From: an uncultured Planctomycetia bacterium
GTDB taxonomy: Bacteria; Omnitrophota; Gorgyraeia; Duberdicusellales; 4484-171
Direction: 5' to 3'
NCBI GenBank assembly: GCA_964489445.1
Contig: CAZAYU010000001.1
Coordinates: forward strand, 74,717-138,716
DNA length: 64,000 bases
Shown: piece after piece, positions 1-9,182 of the stretch
Numbering within the stretch: position 1 is the first letter of the stretch
Layout of the letters: every line of letters begins with the position of its first letter
The notes under the pieces: model-generated
The model's input: the letters and a program-made list of their open reading frames with translations, nothing else
The model's database searches: none
Told to the model about the DNA's origin: nothing
Program-made: the position numbers and the translations under genes

Positions 1-1149
1 GAAATCCTCAATAGGAATGGATCTGTAAAAGCATTTGAGGCATCATTTAAAAAGAAAAATTCTACACCCGTGTGGGTTTCTATAAATGCATGTTGTGTAT
101 TCTCCAATGACAACAAAAAATATATTGAAGGTGTGATCCAAAATATTTCCCAACAAAAAACCATTCAGAAAAAGTTACTATTAGAAAAAGACTTCCTTCA
201 GGGCTTTTTCTATAATGTTCCCGACGCAGTATACTTTAAGGATAAGGACAACCGAATCATAAAAGTTAACAAGTTTTATGTCAATGGAACCGGGCTTCCA
301 GAAAACGAAATCATCGGAAAAACTGATTTTGACTTTTTCCCATATTACCAAGCTAAAGAAATGTTTGAAGATGATAATGTAATTCTAAAAACCGGGAAAC
401 CAATAATCGGAAAAATCGAAAAAACTCTTCTCCCAAACGGAACACGTAATCAAGTAATTACCACTAAAATTCCTATTTACGATAAATCCAGCAGAATTAT
501 CGGAACAATGGGAACTACCAGAGACATGACCACCTATGCTAATTTTGAAAAGCAAAGGCTAGACATGGTTGTAAATGCTTTAGAAATACTAGGTAAAGCT
601 TTAGATTTACGTGATCCTTATACTTTTAGTCACACCCGTCATGTAGCCTACATTGCCGAACTTATTGGCCAAGCTTTAAAATGGAGCGAAGATCGAATTC
701 TGGGTTTAAAACTAGCTGGAGAGCTGCACGATTTGGGTAAGATTAGTATACCTTTAGACATCCTTAACAAACCAGGAAAATTAAGCGCTTTGGAATTTAA
801 TTTGATTCAAGAGCATGTCATAAATTGTTATAATTTAATTAAAGGAATTGACTTTTCCTTTCCTATACCTGAAATCGTATATCAACACCACGAGCGATTA
901 GATGGGTCTGGGTATCCCAGAAAATTAAAAGAAAAAGATATTTTACCAGAATCAAGAATATTAGCAGTAAGTGACGTTTTAGAAGCAATGACTCATCACC
1001 GTCCATATCGACAAGCACTGGGAATACAAAAAGCTCACGAAGAACTCCTAGAAGGAAAAAATACTAAATATGATGCAAAAATAGTAGAAGTATTATCTAC
1101 CTTAATAAAAAAGAACGGAAATAAAGAATTCTGGCTAGGCAAACAATAA
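1..1149 (+). CDS. PAS-domain sensor fused to an HD-GYP phosphodiesterase domain. The 5' end is truncated by the window edge: the frame is open from nt 1 and the ORF track starts at an internal GTG at 70.
   Basis: The translation has an HD motif 'HDLGKISIP' and 'HHERLDGSGYP' (HD…GYP signature) in the C-terminal half. The N-terminal half is PAS-like ('FYNVPDAVYFKDKDNRIIKVNKFY'). The reading frame continues upstream to the window start. Confidence 0.75.
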   Translation, partial: EILNRNGSVKAFEASFKKKNSTPVWVSINACCVFSNDNKKYIEGVIQNISQQKTIQKKLLLEKDFLQGFFYNVPDAVYFKDKDNRIIKVNKFYVNGTGLPENEIIGKTDFDFFPYYQAKEMFEDDNVILKTGKPIIGKIEKTLLPNGTRNQVITTKIPIYDKSSRIIGTMGTTRDMTTYANFEKQRLDMVVNALEILGKALDLRDPYTFSHTRHVAYIAELIGQALKWSEDRILGLKLAGELHDLGKISIPLDILNKPGKLSALEFNLIQEHVINCYNLIKGIDFSFPIPEIVYQHHERLDGSGYPRKLKEKDILPESRILAVSDVLEAMTHHRPYRQALGIQKAHEELLEGKNTKYDAKIVEVLSTLIKKNGNKEFWLGKQ

Positions 1150-1210
1150 TTACACTCAAAACCAATTGCACTCATAAACCTAAAACTACAATAATTGAAG
1201 GAGGAAAATA

Positions 1211-4200
1211 ATGGGCAAAAGCAAAATTACCTTAGACGGAAATGCAGCTTGCGCATACGTCGCCCACGCTACTAACGAAGTTATCGCAATCTATCCAATA
1301 ACGCCATCATCCGGAGTTGGAGAAATTGCTGATGCACGCTCAGCCCAAGGCCTAGCTAATATTTGGGGTCAAATCCCTTCAGTTTCCGAACTACAATCTG
1401 AAGGTGGAGCCTCCGGAGCTGTTCACGGTTCGCTAACTACCGGCAGTCTTACAACCACGTTTACCGCATCTCAAGGATTATTGCTAATGGTTCCTAATAT
1501 GTTTAAAATCGCCGGAGAACTCACTCCCACCGTATTTCATGTAACTGCACGCACCGTTGCTTCTCACGCATTGTCTATATTCTGCGATCATTCTGATTGT
1601 ATGGCTGTCCGCTCAACAGGGTTTGCTTTTCTATTTGCTAATAATGTGCAGGAAGTAATGGATTTCGCATTAATTTCTCAAGCTTCAACTCTTGAATCAC
1701 GAATCCCGTTTTTACATATATACGATGGATTTCGTACATCTCATGAGATTCAAAAAATCGAACAGTTAAGCTTTGACGATATGCGTAAAATCATCAACGA
1801 TGATTTTGTTGACGCACATCATAAACGAGGACTTACCCCTGAAGCACCAGTAATTAGAGGTACTTCTCAGAATCCTGATGTTTTCTTCCAAGAAAGAGAA
1901 ACTGTAAATAGTTTTTACAATAATACTCCGGAAATCGTACAAAAAGTTATGAACCGGTTTGCTCAAGAAACCGGAAGACAGTACAATCTGTTTGACTACG
2001 TTGGCGCTCCTGACGCAGAAAGAATAATCATCATTATGGGCTCAGGAGGAGAGACAGTCCAAGAAGCAGTAGAATACTTAATTAAAAAAAATGAAAAAGT
2101 AGGTTTTGTGAGAGTGCGCCTATATCGCCCATTCTCAATTAGTCATTTTATAGACTCATTACCAAAAACAGTTAAAAAAATTGCAGTCTTGGATCGGACT
2201 AAAGAACCGGGAGCGGTAGGCGAACCTCTTTATTTAGATGTCCATTCTTCAATAACCGAAGCCGTAGAAAATCAATCAGCACCATTTAGCAAAGCACCAT
2301 TAATAGTTGGCGGTCGATATGGCTTAGGCTCCAAAGAATTTACACCGGCTATGGTAAAAGCTGTATTTGATAATCTTAGCAAGGAAAAACCAAGAAATCG
2401 TTTTACTGTTGGAATAAATGACAATATCACTAACACTAGCCTCAAGCTGGATTCTAAATTTATTTCAGAAGATCCTCAAAGCTTTCGAGGAATTTTCTAT
2501 GGTTTAGGCTCAGACGGAACAGTAAGCGCAAACAAAAATTCAATTAAAATTATTGGTGAGAATACCGAGAATTACGTTCAAGGATATTTTGTTTACGACT
2601 CTAAAAAGGCCGGATCGCAAACGGTATCTCATTTACGCTTTGGCAAAACACCAATTCTTGGAACTTATCTTATTCAATCTGCAAACTTTGTTGCCTGTCA
2701 CAACTTTTCCTTCCTAGAAAAATACGACTTACTCACGAGAGCGGAAAACAAAGCAACATTCCTTCTTGCTAGCCCGTACGATAAAAATGAAATCTGGGAT
2801 AAGCTCCCAAGAACAATTCAAGAAGAACTAATCAAAAAACAAATAAGATTTTACATTATAAACGCGAACAAGCTTGCCTTAGAATTGGGTTTAGGCGCGC
2901 GCATTAATATCATAATGCAAACCGCATTCTTTGCAATTACTGATATTCTATCTACTGAAGAAGCAGTAAAGGCGATTAAAGAAGCTGTTCAAAAAACCTA
3001 TGGTAAAAAAGGTGAAAAAGTAGTTCAAATGAACTATAGCGCTGTGGACAAGGCGCTAAAAGAAATCGAGGAAGTTTCTATCCCAGCAAATGCCACCAGC
3101 ACAATAAAAATGCAACCACCAGTTCCGGAAAACGCTCCGGATTTTGTAAAGAATGTTATCGGAAAGATAATTGGATACAAGGGAGATGATCTTCCTGTTT
3201 CCGCATTTCCAAAAGACGGAACTTACCCTACAGCCACTTCACAATATGAGAAAAGAAATGTAGCCACCCATATCCCACAGTGGGATCCGGAAAGTTGCAT
3301 CCAGTGTGGACAATGCTCATTGGTGTGTCCGCATGCAGCAATTAGAATGAAGATATACGATAAACAGCTGTTAAATAATGCTCCTGCAGGTTTTAAATCA
3401 ACCTCGGCCAAAGGTAAAGACTTAGCTGAAAAAACATTCACGCTGCAAGTTGCTCCTTACGACTGCACTGGGTGCGGAACATGTGTAAGAACCTGCCCAA
3501 TACAAAAACGTGATGACAATAAGCAATTAACTGGTTCAAAAGCAATAAACATGGTTTCTCAAATTGAAATTGCTGAAGTCGAAAATAAAAATTTTAATTT
3601 TTTCCTTTCTCTGCCGGATTTAGATGTTGAAAATCTTCCCGTACCCATAAACACGATAAAAGGTTCACAGCTTATCCGTCCATTATTTGAATTTTCCGGA
3701 GCTTGTGCTGGGTGTGGTGAAACCCCTTACGTAAAATTACTTACTCAGCTATTTGGCGATAGAACTTTAATCGCAAATGCTACTGGATGCTCTTCAATAT
3801 ACGGTGGGAATTTACCAACAACTCCTTACTGCAAACGTGAAGACGGCCGAGGCCCTGCTTGGTCTAATTCGCTGTTTGAAGATAACGCTGAGTTCGGATT
3901 CGGAATGCGGCTAAGTTTAGACCAAACATCACAGAAAGCCTTTTCTTTGTTAGAAAAAATAGCTGAAGTTGAAGGATTTAAGCAATACACCGATTTAATT
4001 GCTGAAATTAGATCATCGTCACAAAAAACTCACCAAGACATCGAAAAACAACGCAAGCGAATAACTCAACTTAAAAAAATACTAAAGGCTTCTGAGGATA
4101 GCCCTGACTGCGCTGAATTATTACCCATAGTTGACTACCTAACAAAAAAATGTGTTTGGATCCTTGGTGGTGATGGCTGGGCTTACGATATAGGTTACGG

Positions 4201-4816
4201 AGGACTAGACCATGTTCTAGCTTCCGGAAAAAATATAAACATCTTGGTGCTAGATACCGGTGTTTACTCAAACACTGGAGGACAAATGTCTAAAGCAACT
4301 CCAATGGGCGCAATTGCTAAATTTGCCGCTAACGGAAAGTCTCTCCCTAAAAAAGATTTAGCACTTCTCTCTATGACTTACGGAAATGTATATGTTGCTC
4401 GAATTGCCTTAGGAGCCAATCCTGCTCAAACCATTAAGGCGCTTATCGAGGCAGAGATGTACGATGGGCCTTCAATTGTCATTGCCTATACACATTGCAT
4501 CGCACATGGCATAAACATGACCAAAGGTTTAGATGAACAAAAGAATGCTGTTGCCTCAGGTGATTGGTTAATGATGCGCTTTAATCCAGACTTGTTAAAG
4601 CAAAATAAAAACCCATTACAAATTGACAGTAAACCACCAAGCATTCCGCTAGAAGATTACGTGTACAATGAAAACAGATTTAGATCATTAAAGGTATCTT
4701 CTCCAGAACGAGCAAAAATATTACTAGAAGAATCCAAAAAAGATATCCAGCAGAAGTTAAAACTTTACCAAGCATTAAGTAATATCGATTACACAGATAA
4801 CAATAATCAAACATAG
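1211..4816 (+). CDS. por: Pyruvate:ferredoxin (flavodoxin) oxidoreductase, single-polypeptide NifJ/YdbK type
   Basis: 1201 aa. The N-terminus 'ITLDGNAACAYVAHATNEVIAIYPITPSS' is typical of PFOR domain I. There are two ferredoxin-like [4Fe-4S] motifs, 'CIQCGQCSLVCP' and 'CTGCGTCVRTCP'. The TPP-binding motif 'GGDGWAYDIGYGG' is present. A strong SD 'GAAGGAGG' sits 8 nt upstream of the ATG. Confidence 0.95.
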   Translation: MGKSKITLDGNAACAYVAHATNEVIAIYPITPSSGVGEIADARSAQGLANIWGQIPSVSELQSEGGASGAVHGSLTTGSLTTTFTASQGLLLMVPNMFKIAGELTPTVFHVTARTVASHALSIFCDHSDCMAVRSTGFAFLFANNVQEVMDFALISQASTLESRIPFLHIYDGFRTSHEIQKIEQLSFDDMRKIINDDFVDAHHKRGLTPEAPVIRGTSQNPDVFFQERETVNSFYNNTPEIVQKVMNRFAQETGRQYNLFDYVGAPDAERIIIIMGSGGETVQEAVEYLIKKNEKVGFVRVRLYRPFSISHFIDSLPKTVKKIAVLDRTKEPGAVGEPLYLDVHSSITEAVENQSAPFSKAPLIVGGRYGLGSKEFTPAMVKAVFDNLSKEKPRNRFTVGINDNITNTSLKLDSKFISEDPQSFRGIFYGLGSDGTVSANKNSIKIIGENTENYVQGYFVYDSKKAGSQTVSHLRFGKTPILGTYLIQSANFVACHNFSFLEKYDLLTRAENKATFLLASPYDKNEIWDKLPRTIQEELIKKQIRFYIINANKLALELGLGARINIIMQTAFFAITDILSTEEAVKAIKEAVQKTYGKKGEKVVQMNYSAVDKALKEIEEVSIPANATSTIKMQPPVPENAPDFVKNVIGKIIGYKGDDLPVSAFPKDGTYPTATSQYEKRNVATHIPQWDPESCIQCGQCSLVCPHAAIRMKIYDKQLLNNAPAGFKSTSAKGKDLAEKTFTLQVAPYDCTGCGTCVRTCPIQKRDDNKQLTGSKAINMVSQIEIAEVENKNFNFFLSLPDLDVENLPVPINTIKGSQLIRPLFEFSGACAGCGETPYVKLLTQLFGDRTLIANATGCSSIYGGNLPTTPYCKREDGRGPAWSNSLFEDNAEFGFGMRLSLDQTSQKAFSLLEKIAEVEGFKQYTDLIAEIRSSSQKTHQDIEKQRKRITQLKKILKASEDSPDCAELLPIVDYLTKKCVWILGGDGWAYDIGYGGLDHVLASGKNINILVLDTGVYSNTGGQMSKATPMGAIAKFAANGKSLPKKDLALLSMTYGNVYVARIALGANPAQTIKALIEAEMYDGPSIVIAYTHCIAHGINMTKGLDEQKNAVASGDWLMMRFNPDLLKQNKNPLQIDSKPPSIPLEDYVYNENRFRSLKVSSPERAKILLEESKKDIQQKLKLYQALSNIDYTDNNNQT

Positions 4817-4828
4817 AAAGGAGGGATA

Positions 4829-5014
4829 ATGGCAAAAGTAACAGTTGATGAAAATGCATGCGTTGGTTGCGGGCTGTGCGTTAATCTTTGCCCAGATGTT
4901 TTTGAATTGAATGAAAACGGAATAGTAAAAGTAAAATCTAACGAACCAGGGAAATGTGATTTACAAGACTGTGCTTCACAATGCCCAGTAAACGCAATAA
5001 CCGTAGAAGCTTAA
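4829..5014 (+). CDS. Small ferredoxin (61 aa), the probable redox partner of PFOR
   Basis: Motifs 'CVGCGLCVNLCP' (CxxCxxCxxxCP) and 'CDLQDCASQCP' are present. The SD 'AAGGAGGG' is immediately upstream. The gene lies 12 nt after the por stop. Confidence 0.85.
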   Translation: MAKVTVDENACVGCGLCVNLCPDVFELNENGIVKVKSNEPGKCDLQDCASQCPVNAITVEA

Positions 5015-5024
5015 TTAATAAAAA

Positions 5025-5061
5025 ACACCCTGTTGATAAAGATCAACAGGGTGTTTTTTAT
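5025..5061. terminator. Bidirectional rho-independent terminator between the convergent ferredoxin (+) and ppiD-like (-) genes
   Basis: There is a perfect 13-bp stem 'ACACCCTGTTGAT'/'ATCAACAGGGTGT' with loop AAAG. An A-run precedes it and a T-run (TTTTTTA) follows, so it can function on either strand. Confidence 0.7.
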
Positions 5062-5070
5062 TTGATAAAC

Positions 5071-6471
5071 CTACAAAACTTTTAGATTAGCTTCTTCTTT
5101 AATTTTTATTAAAAGTCTTAGTCTTTCTAAAGTTTCTTTGTTCTTTCTAATAGTAGCAGAATAATTATCTTTTTCTTTATTAAATTCTTCTTCATCGAAA
5201 ACGCTAAGCTCTCTAAGCTGGATAACATACACACCATCAACAATTTCAACAGGTTCAGGATGTATATCATTTTCCTTAAGCGAAAACGCCACTGCGTTTA
5301 CTTGAGGATTTAATCCTATACCCTCAATGTATTCTCCGCTTTTAAACTGATTTGTCTCCTTAAATAATATACTTTTGCCATTAGCAAAACTTTTTAGATC
5401 TTTATTCCTGCTGTTAGTTATATTTTCAAGAATCTCTTTGCTATACAATCTTGCATCGTTGCGTGCACGCTGCAAGATTATTTTTTCTATAACCTGTTCT
5501 TTTACCTCCGACAGGGGAAATGCTTCAGCTGGAAAATTTTTTATTTTCTCAAAAAGAATCACCTCATTTTCAAGTTCCATGGGACCACTTAGTTTTCCTT
5601 CTTCTAACGAAAAAAATAACTCATTGACTTGAGGCTTCCAGCCAATACCTTCAATCGGATCTCTTAACCCTAGGGGGCCAGCTTGTTTAATTTCCGTTGA
5701 AAATTTCTCTGACAATTCATTAAGCGATGCAGCTTTCTGGATATCTGCTTGATTATCTTTTGTTATTTGGTCTTTTAAAATAGCCAAGTAACGGATAGAT
5801 ACTTTAGGCTCCTTTTGGAAAGTTGATATATTCAACTTATAAAATTCAGAGATATCACTATCTGTAATCCCTAAATCAACTCTAAACTCCTCATCTGGAA
5901 TAAACAGGTAGTCCAACTTTGCTTTTTGAGTATCACGACTATACGCATTCTTTACTTCTTCTTCGCTGACCACTATATCAATATTACTTGCAAACAGCTT
6001 GTCAATTTTTAAAAAATCACGCACACACTCTTCAAAATTACGCGTAGTAAGTCCTAAGCCATACTGTCGAGATAAAATATTTAAAAAGCGAGTGTAGGCA
6101 ACTTGATTGAATTGTCCCTGCGCAAATAAATTGCTTTTCAAAAAATTAATTACCTCTGCATCAGTGACGATTATGTTACTTTGCTTTGCTTTCCAAAGCA
6201 AAACCATCAAATCAAAACTTAAGCTTACTAAGTCTTCGTATTCAGCTCGCTCTTTGTTTTGTCCATAAAGCGATATATAAACCTTGGCTTTAGTCAAATA
6301 GTTGTTGAATTCTCTAGCCGTAATCTTTTTTCCACCAATCGTGCCAATGCTACCCAAGTGTCCTTCTTTTAAGGAAGAAAGCCCTCCCCAAAGAACAAAA
6401 GCTGGAACAATAATAATCAACAAACCCCAAAGGATTTTCTTAACATGACGATCACGAATTTTATTAAGCAT
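5071..6471 (-). CDS. Periplasmic chaperone / peptidyl-prolyl isomerase of the PpiD/SurA family, with an N-terminal membrane anchor
   Basis: The N-terminus 'MLNKIRDRHVKKILWGLLIIIVPAFVLWGG' has one TM segment and resembles PpiD. The rest is a long SurA-like chaperone region, with a PPIase-like segment near the C-terminus ('GWKPQVNELFFSLEEGKLSGPME'). Confidence 0.6.
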   Translation of the reverse strand: MLNKIRDRHVKKILWGLLIIIVPAFVLWGGLSSLKEGHLGSIGTIGGKKITAREFNNYLTKAKVYISLYGQNKERAEYEDLVSLSFDLMVLLWKAKQSNIIVTDAEVINFLKSNLFAQGQFNQVAYTRFLNILSRQYGLGLTTRNFEECVRDFLKIDKLFASNIDIVVSEEEVKNAYSRDTQKAKLDYLFIPDEEFRVDLGITDSDISEFYKLNISTFQKEPKVSIRYLAILKDQITKDNQADIQKAASLNELSEKFSTEIKQAGPLGLRDPIEGIGWKPQVNELFFSLEEGKLSGPMELENEVILFEKIKNFPAEAFPLSEVKEQVIEKIILQRARNDARLYSKEILENITNSRNKDLKSFANGKSILFKETNQFKSGEYIEGIGLNPQVNAVAFSLKENDIHPEPVEIVDGVYVIQLRELSVFDEEEFNKEKDNYSATIRKNKETLERLRLLIKIKEEANLKVL

Positions 6472-6626
6472 AGAGTTATATTAACCATTTATTATTATTT
6501 TTCAAGAAAAATTTAGTTAATAATTTAATTTGCAATAGACAAAAACTCCTTTTTAAAAAATAATATTTGTCAATAAACTCACTTTGTGTTATCTTTCTAG
6601 TAAGCATAATTTGTTCTTTTATAAAT

Positions 6627-6986
6627 GGGGGTGAACCGGATTCGACTCGAGGAGGATGTTTAAGGTCGCGTGCCGCGAGGGTAAGCCTTCCGCGTTAACG
6701 GGGCTTTCAAACAATAAACGCAACACCTTACGTTGCAGCACCTGCTTACGCACTTAGCTAAGTAGGCCCTTCATATTTTTTTCTCAGAGAATTTGAAGGT
6801 TCGGCTATGAGGATAGAGACAAATTCTTTTGCTTTAGGGAATTTGTCTTGAAATTACTTAAAGCTGCTTTCGGAAAAATCCGGCCTTACTGAGTTTTCCG
6901 AAAAAAGAATAAACTTAAGGATACGCATGTAGAAGCCTTAAGTTGAGACCTTGAGGACGCGGGTTCGATTCCCGCCACCTCCACCA
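6627..6986 (+). ncRNA. ssrA: tmRNA (SsrA), transfer-messenger RNA
   Basis: The 5' end 'GGGGTGAACCGGATTCGACTCGAGG' matches the conserved tmRNA 5' acceptor/D region (…GGATTCGAC…). The 3' end 'GGACGCGGGTTCGATTCCCGCCACCTCCACCA' is a T-arm plus acceptor with encoded CCA. An internal tag reading frame ends '…GCTTACGCACTTAGCTAA' (…AYALS*). Length is ~360 nt. Confidence 0.85.
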
Positions 6987-7234
6987 AATTGTATTTCCAA
7001 AAGTTACACCGGCTAGACAATAGAGAATGGTAGTGATTAAATTAATCGGATCCAATGCCCTTTGGGCAATTCGATTACATCGAATATTGGATACGATTTG
7101 CGCGGCCTCCAGTAACACAATGTGACATTCTGACGATTAAACTTCGTCAAAAATAAAGTAGGAACACTACTTTTTATGATAAAATACAGTTATTGCACTT
7201 TTAATAATAGTATCTTAGAAAAGGAGGCTTTAGG

Positions 7235-7546
7235 ATGGCTAAAAAATATCTAGACAAAGGAAAAATAGAAGATATCTGGCCAATGGCTAAGAAGGAAATC
7301 GAAAAAGGATTAGAAAATGCTAAAAAGATGCTAGCTGCCGGAGAAAAATATCTTAAGGATTTATCAGAAAAAGGCATTGAGAAAACTAAAAAAACATCGT
7401 TTGCCTTAAAAAGAGAAAAGCTTTACTACGATTTAGGAAAAACCGTCGCATCAACTTCTCCCGAAAAATACACAAGCAATAAAAAAATTTCCAAGCTTGC
7501 TAAAGAAATTAAAAAATTAGATAAAGAAATCAAAAAAATAAAATAA
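7235..7546 (+). CDS. Small lysine/glutamate-rich hypothetical protein (103 aa), predicted to be largely helical or disordered
   Basis: The ORF has an SD 'AAGGAGG' 8 nt upstream. Composition is dominated by K/E with repeated 'KEIKKLDKEIKKIK'. No recognisable catalytic motif. Confidence 0.4.
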   Translation: MAKKYLDKGKIEDIWPMAKKEIEKGLENAKKMLAAGEKYLKDLSEKGIEKTKKTSFALKREKLYYDLGKTVASTSPEKYTSNKKISKLAKEIKKLDKEIKKIK

Positions 7547-7559
7547 AAAAGGACAAATT

Positions 7560-7880
7560 ATGGAAATTAAATTAACAAATGACAACTTTGATAGTGAAGT
7601 GCTTAACTCTGATAAGCCAGTACTTGTTGATTTTTGGGCCCCTTGGTGCGGTCCATGTCAAATGATTGCTCCAAATGTCGAAGCTATCGCCAAAGAATAC
7701 GCCGAAAAAGTAAAAGTCGGTAAGGTTAATGTTGATGAAGCTTCAGAAATTGCTACACGTTATTCAGTTATGAGTATTCCGGCCATAATGCTTTTTAACA
7801 AGGGAGAAATAGTTGAAAAACGCGTTGGGGTAATGAGCAAAGAAGATTTGGAAAAATTTATTCAACCATATATTTCTTAA
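7560..7880 (+). CDS. trxA: Thioredoxin
   Basis: Canonical 'WAPWCGPC' active site. 106 aa. 'VGKVNVDE' and 'IPAIMLF' fit the thioredoxin fold. Confidence 0.95.
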   Translation: MEIKLTNDNFDSEVLNSDKPVLVDFWAPWCGPCQMIAPNVEAIAKEYAEKVKVGKVNVDEASEIATRYSVMSIPAIMLFNKGEIVEKRVGVMSKEDLEKFIQPYIS

Positions 7881-7922
7881 CCGCTAACTTTTTCCAAATC
7901 AACTAAAAGTAATAACTCTATT

Positions 7923-7980
7923 TTAAGCTTTGATAAATACCGGCCACTCGACTAGGCAGCTTGTATTTATCAAAGCTTAA
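7923..7980. repeat. Perfect 18-bp inverted repeat with a 22-nt spacer (long stem-loop) between trxA and the tRNA promoter
   Basis: 'TTAAGCTTTGATAAATAC' (7923-7940) … 'GTATTTATCAAAGCTTAA' (7963-7980). No T-run follows it on either strand. Confidence 0.5.
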
Positions 7981-8111
7981 AAACAGGGGCAAAATAATAA
8001 AAAATGTTAATAGCTATATAACAAAGATAAATTTCGCAACACAAATAATGCCTTGCAATATAACAAGCCTAAAAATAGCTGCTGGTTAGTCAGCTACTTA
8101 ATAAAAAAATC

Positions 8112-8140
8112 TTGCTAAGCACTGCATAACTTGCTATAAT
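8112..8140 (+). promoter_or_regulatory. Sigma-70-like promoter upstream of the tRNA-Met/tRNA-Val pair
   Basis: 'TTGCTA' (8112-8117), a 17-nt spacer, then 'TATAAT' (8135-8140). It lies ~58 nt upstream of tRNA-Met. Confidence 0.45.
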
Positions 8141-8197
8141 CGTACCTTAAAATAAGCACTGGACAGAAAGAGGCTAAGCACTGATTTGCAGGCTAAA

Positions 8198-8271
8198 GGG
8201 CCCGTAGCTCAGTTGGTTAGAGCAGTTGACTCATAATCAATTGGTCCGGGGTTCGAATCCCTGCGGGCCCA
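8198..8271 (+). tRNA. tRNA-Met (anticodon CAU). It could instead be the lysidine-modified tRNA-Ile2.
   Basis: Cloverleaf: acceptor GGGCCCG/CGGGCCC, D-arm GCTC…GAGC, anticodon loop CTCATAA, T-loop GGTTCGAATCC. The anticodon stem is not GGG-rich, so it is unlikely to be the initiator. Confidence 0.9.
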
Positions 8272-8342
8272 TGCTGTAAACGTAGAAACAAAGAAGCATT
8301 GTCTGGCAACATAAAACAGATTCTGGCGTGCAAAATTTTAAC

Positions 8343-8416
8343 GGGCACATAGCTCAGCTGGTTAGAGCGCTACGTTCACATCGTAGAGGTCGCCCGTTCG
8401 ACCCGGGCTGTGCCCA
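8343..8416 (+). tRNA. tRNA-Val (anticodon CAC)
   Basis: Acceptor GGGCACA/TGTGCCC, anticodon arm CTACG-TTCACAT-CGTAG, T-loop GTTCGACCC. Confidence 0.9.
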
Positions 8417-8442
8417 TATAAAAGGGGTGACTAAATAACCAT

Positions 8443-9165
8443 ATGAATCTCAAAAACGAAATAAAAAAATTGGTTCAATTGCAAAAGATCGATTCTTGTA
8501 TATCTGTTTTGCTACAAGAAAAAGACATAGCTATTCCTTCTCAGCTAAATAATCTTCAAGATCAATTTGAAAAAAGTAAAGAAAAGCTTCTCATTCTTGA
8601 AGAAAAAAACAAAGAATTACTTTTAAAGAAAAAAGAAAAAGAAATTGAATTAGCTTCCAAAGAAGAAGGACTAAAAAAAGCGCAAGGACAATTATACCAA
8701 TTAAAAACAAACAAGGAATATCATGCAAAGCTTACCGAGATAGGATCGATAAAAGCAGATATCTCTATCTCGGAAGACGAAGTAATTGATGCCCTGGATA
8801 AACTTGAATTAGTAAAAAAAGAAACAAATTCAGTTAACGTGGAATTAAAAAACAACGAAGCAATATTAAAAGCAGAAGAATATAAACTCAAGGAAAAAAT
8901 AAGCAACATTGAGGCTGAGCTAGAACTACTACGTGGGAAAAAATCATTAATTGCCAAAGATATTGATCAAGAAATTTTAACTAAATATGAAGATCTTATT
9001 AAAACACGACAAGGACTAGCGATTGTCCCGATTGAAAATAGTAATTGTGGAGCCTGCTATATGAGTATTACCCCTCAAACGATTAACGAAATAAAGATGT
9101 ATCTTAAGCCCGTATTATGTGGGAATTGTGTAAGAATACTATATATTATGGATGATATCGAATAA
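8443..9165 (+). CDS. Coiled-coil protein with a C-terminal C4 zinc ribbon (COG1579/DUF164-like)
   Basis: About 180 aa of heptad-rich K/E/L sequence, then 'CGACYMSITPQ…CGNC'. This family is characteristically encoded next to rnhA, as here. Confidence 0.6.
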   Translation: MNLKNEIKKLVQLQKIDSCISVLLQEKDIAIPSQLNNLQDQFEKSKEKLLILEEKNKELLLKKKEKEIELASKEEGLKKAQGQLYQLKTNKEYHAKLTEIGSIKADISISEDEVIDALDKLELVKKETNSVNVELKNNEAILKAEEYKLKEKISNIEAELELLRGKKSLIAKDIDQEILTKYEDLIKTRQGLAIVPIENSNCGACYMSITPQTINEIKMYLKPVLCGNCVRILYIMDDIE

Positions 9166-9182
9166 AATTTAAAAATAGTACA

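Noticed and set aside
1766-4271. Three minus-strand ORFs (1766-1966, 3223-3441, 4071-4271) inside the PFOR gene
   Set aside because: They are antisense to a very well supported 1201-aa PFOR. The translations are low-complexity with no motifs. Such antisense ORFs are typical of AT-rich coding DNA.
6915-7118. 67-aa minus-strand ORF overlapping the tmRNA 3' end
   Set aside because: It overlaps the T-arm and acceptor of ssrA, and its translation is driven by the tRNA-like sequence. No SD.
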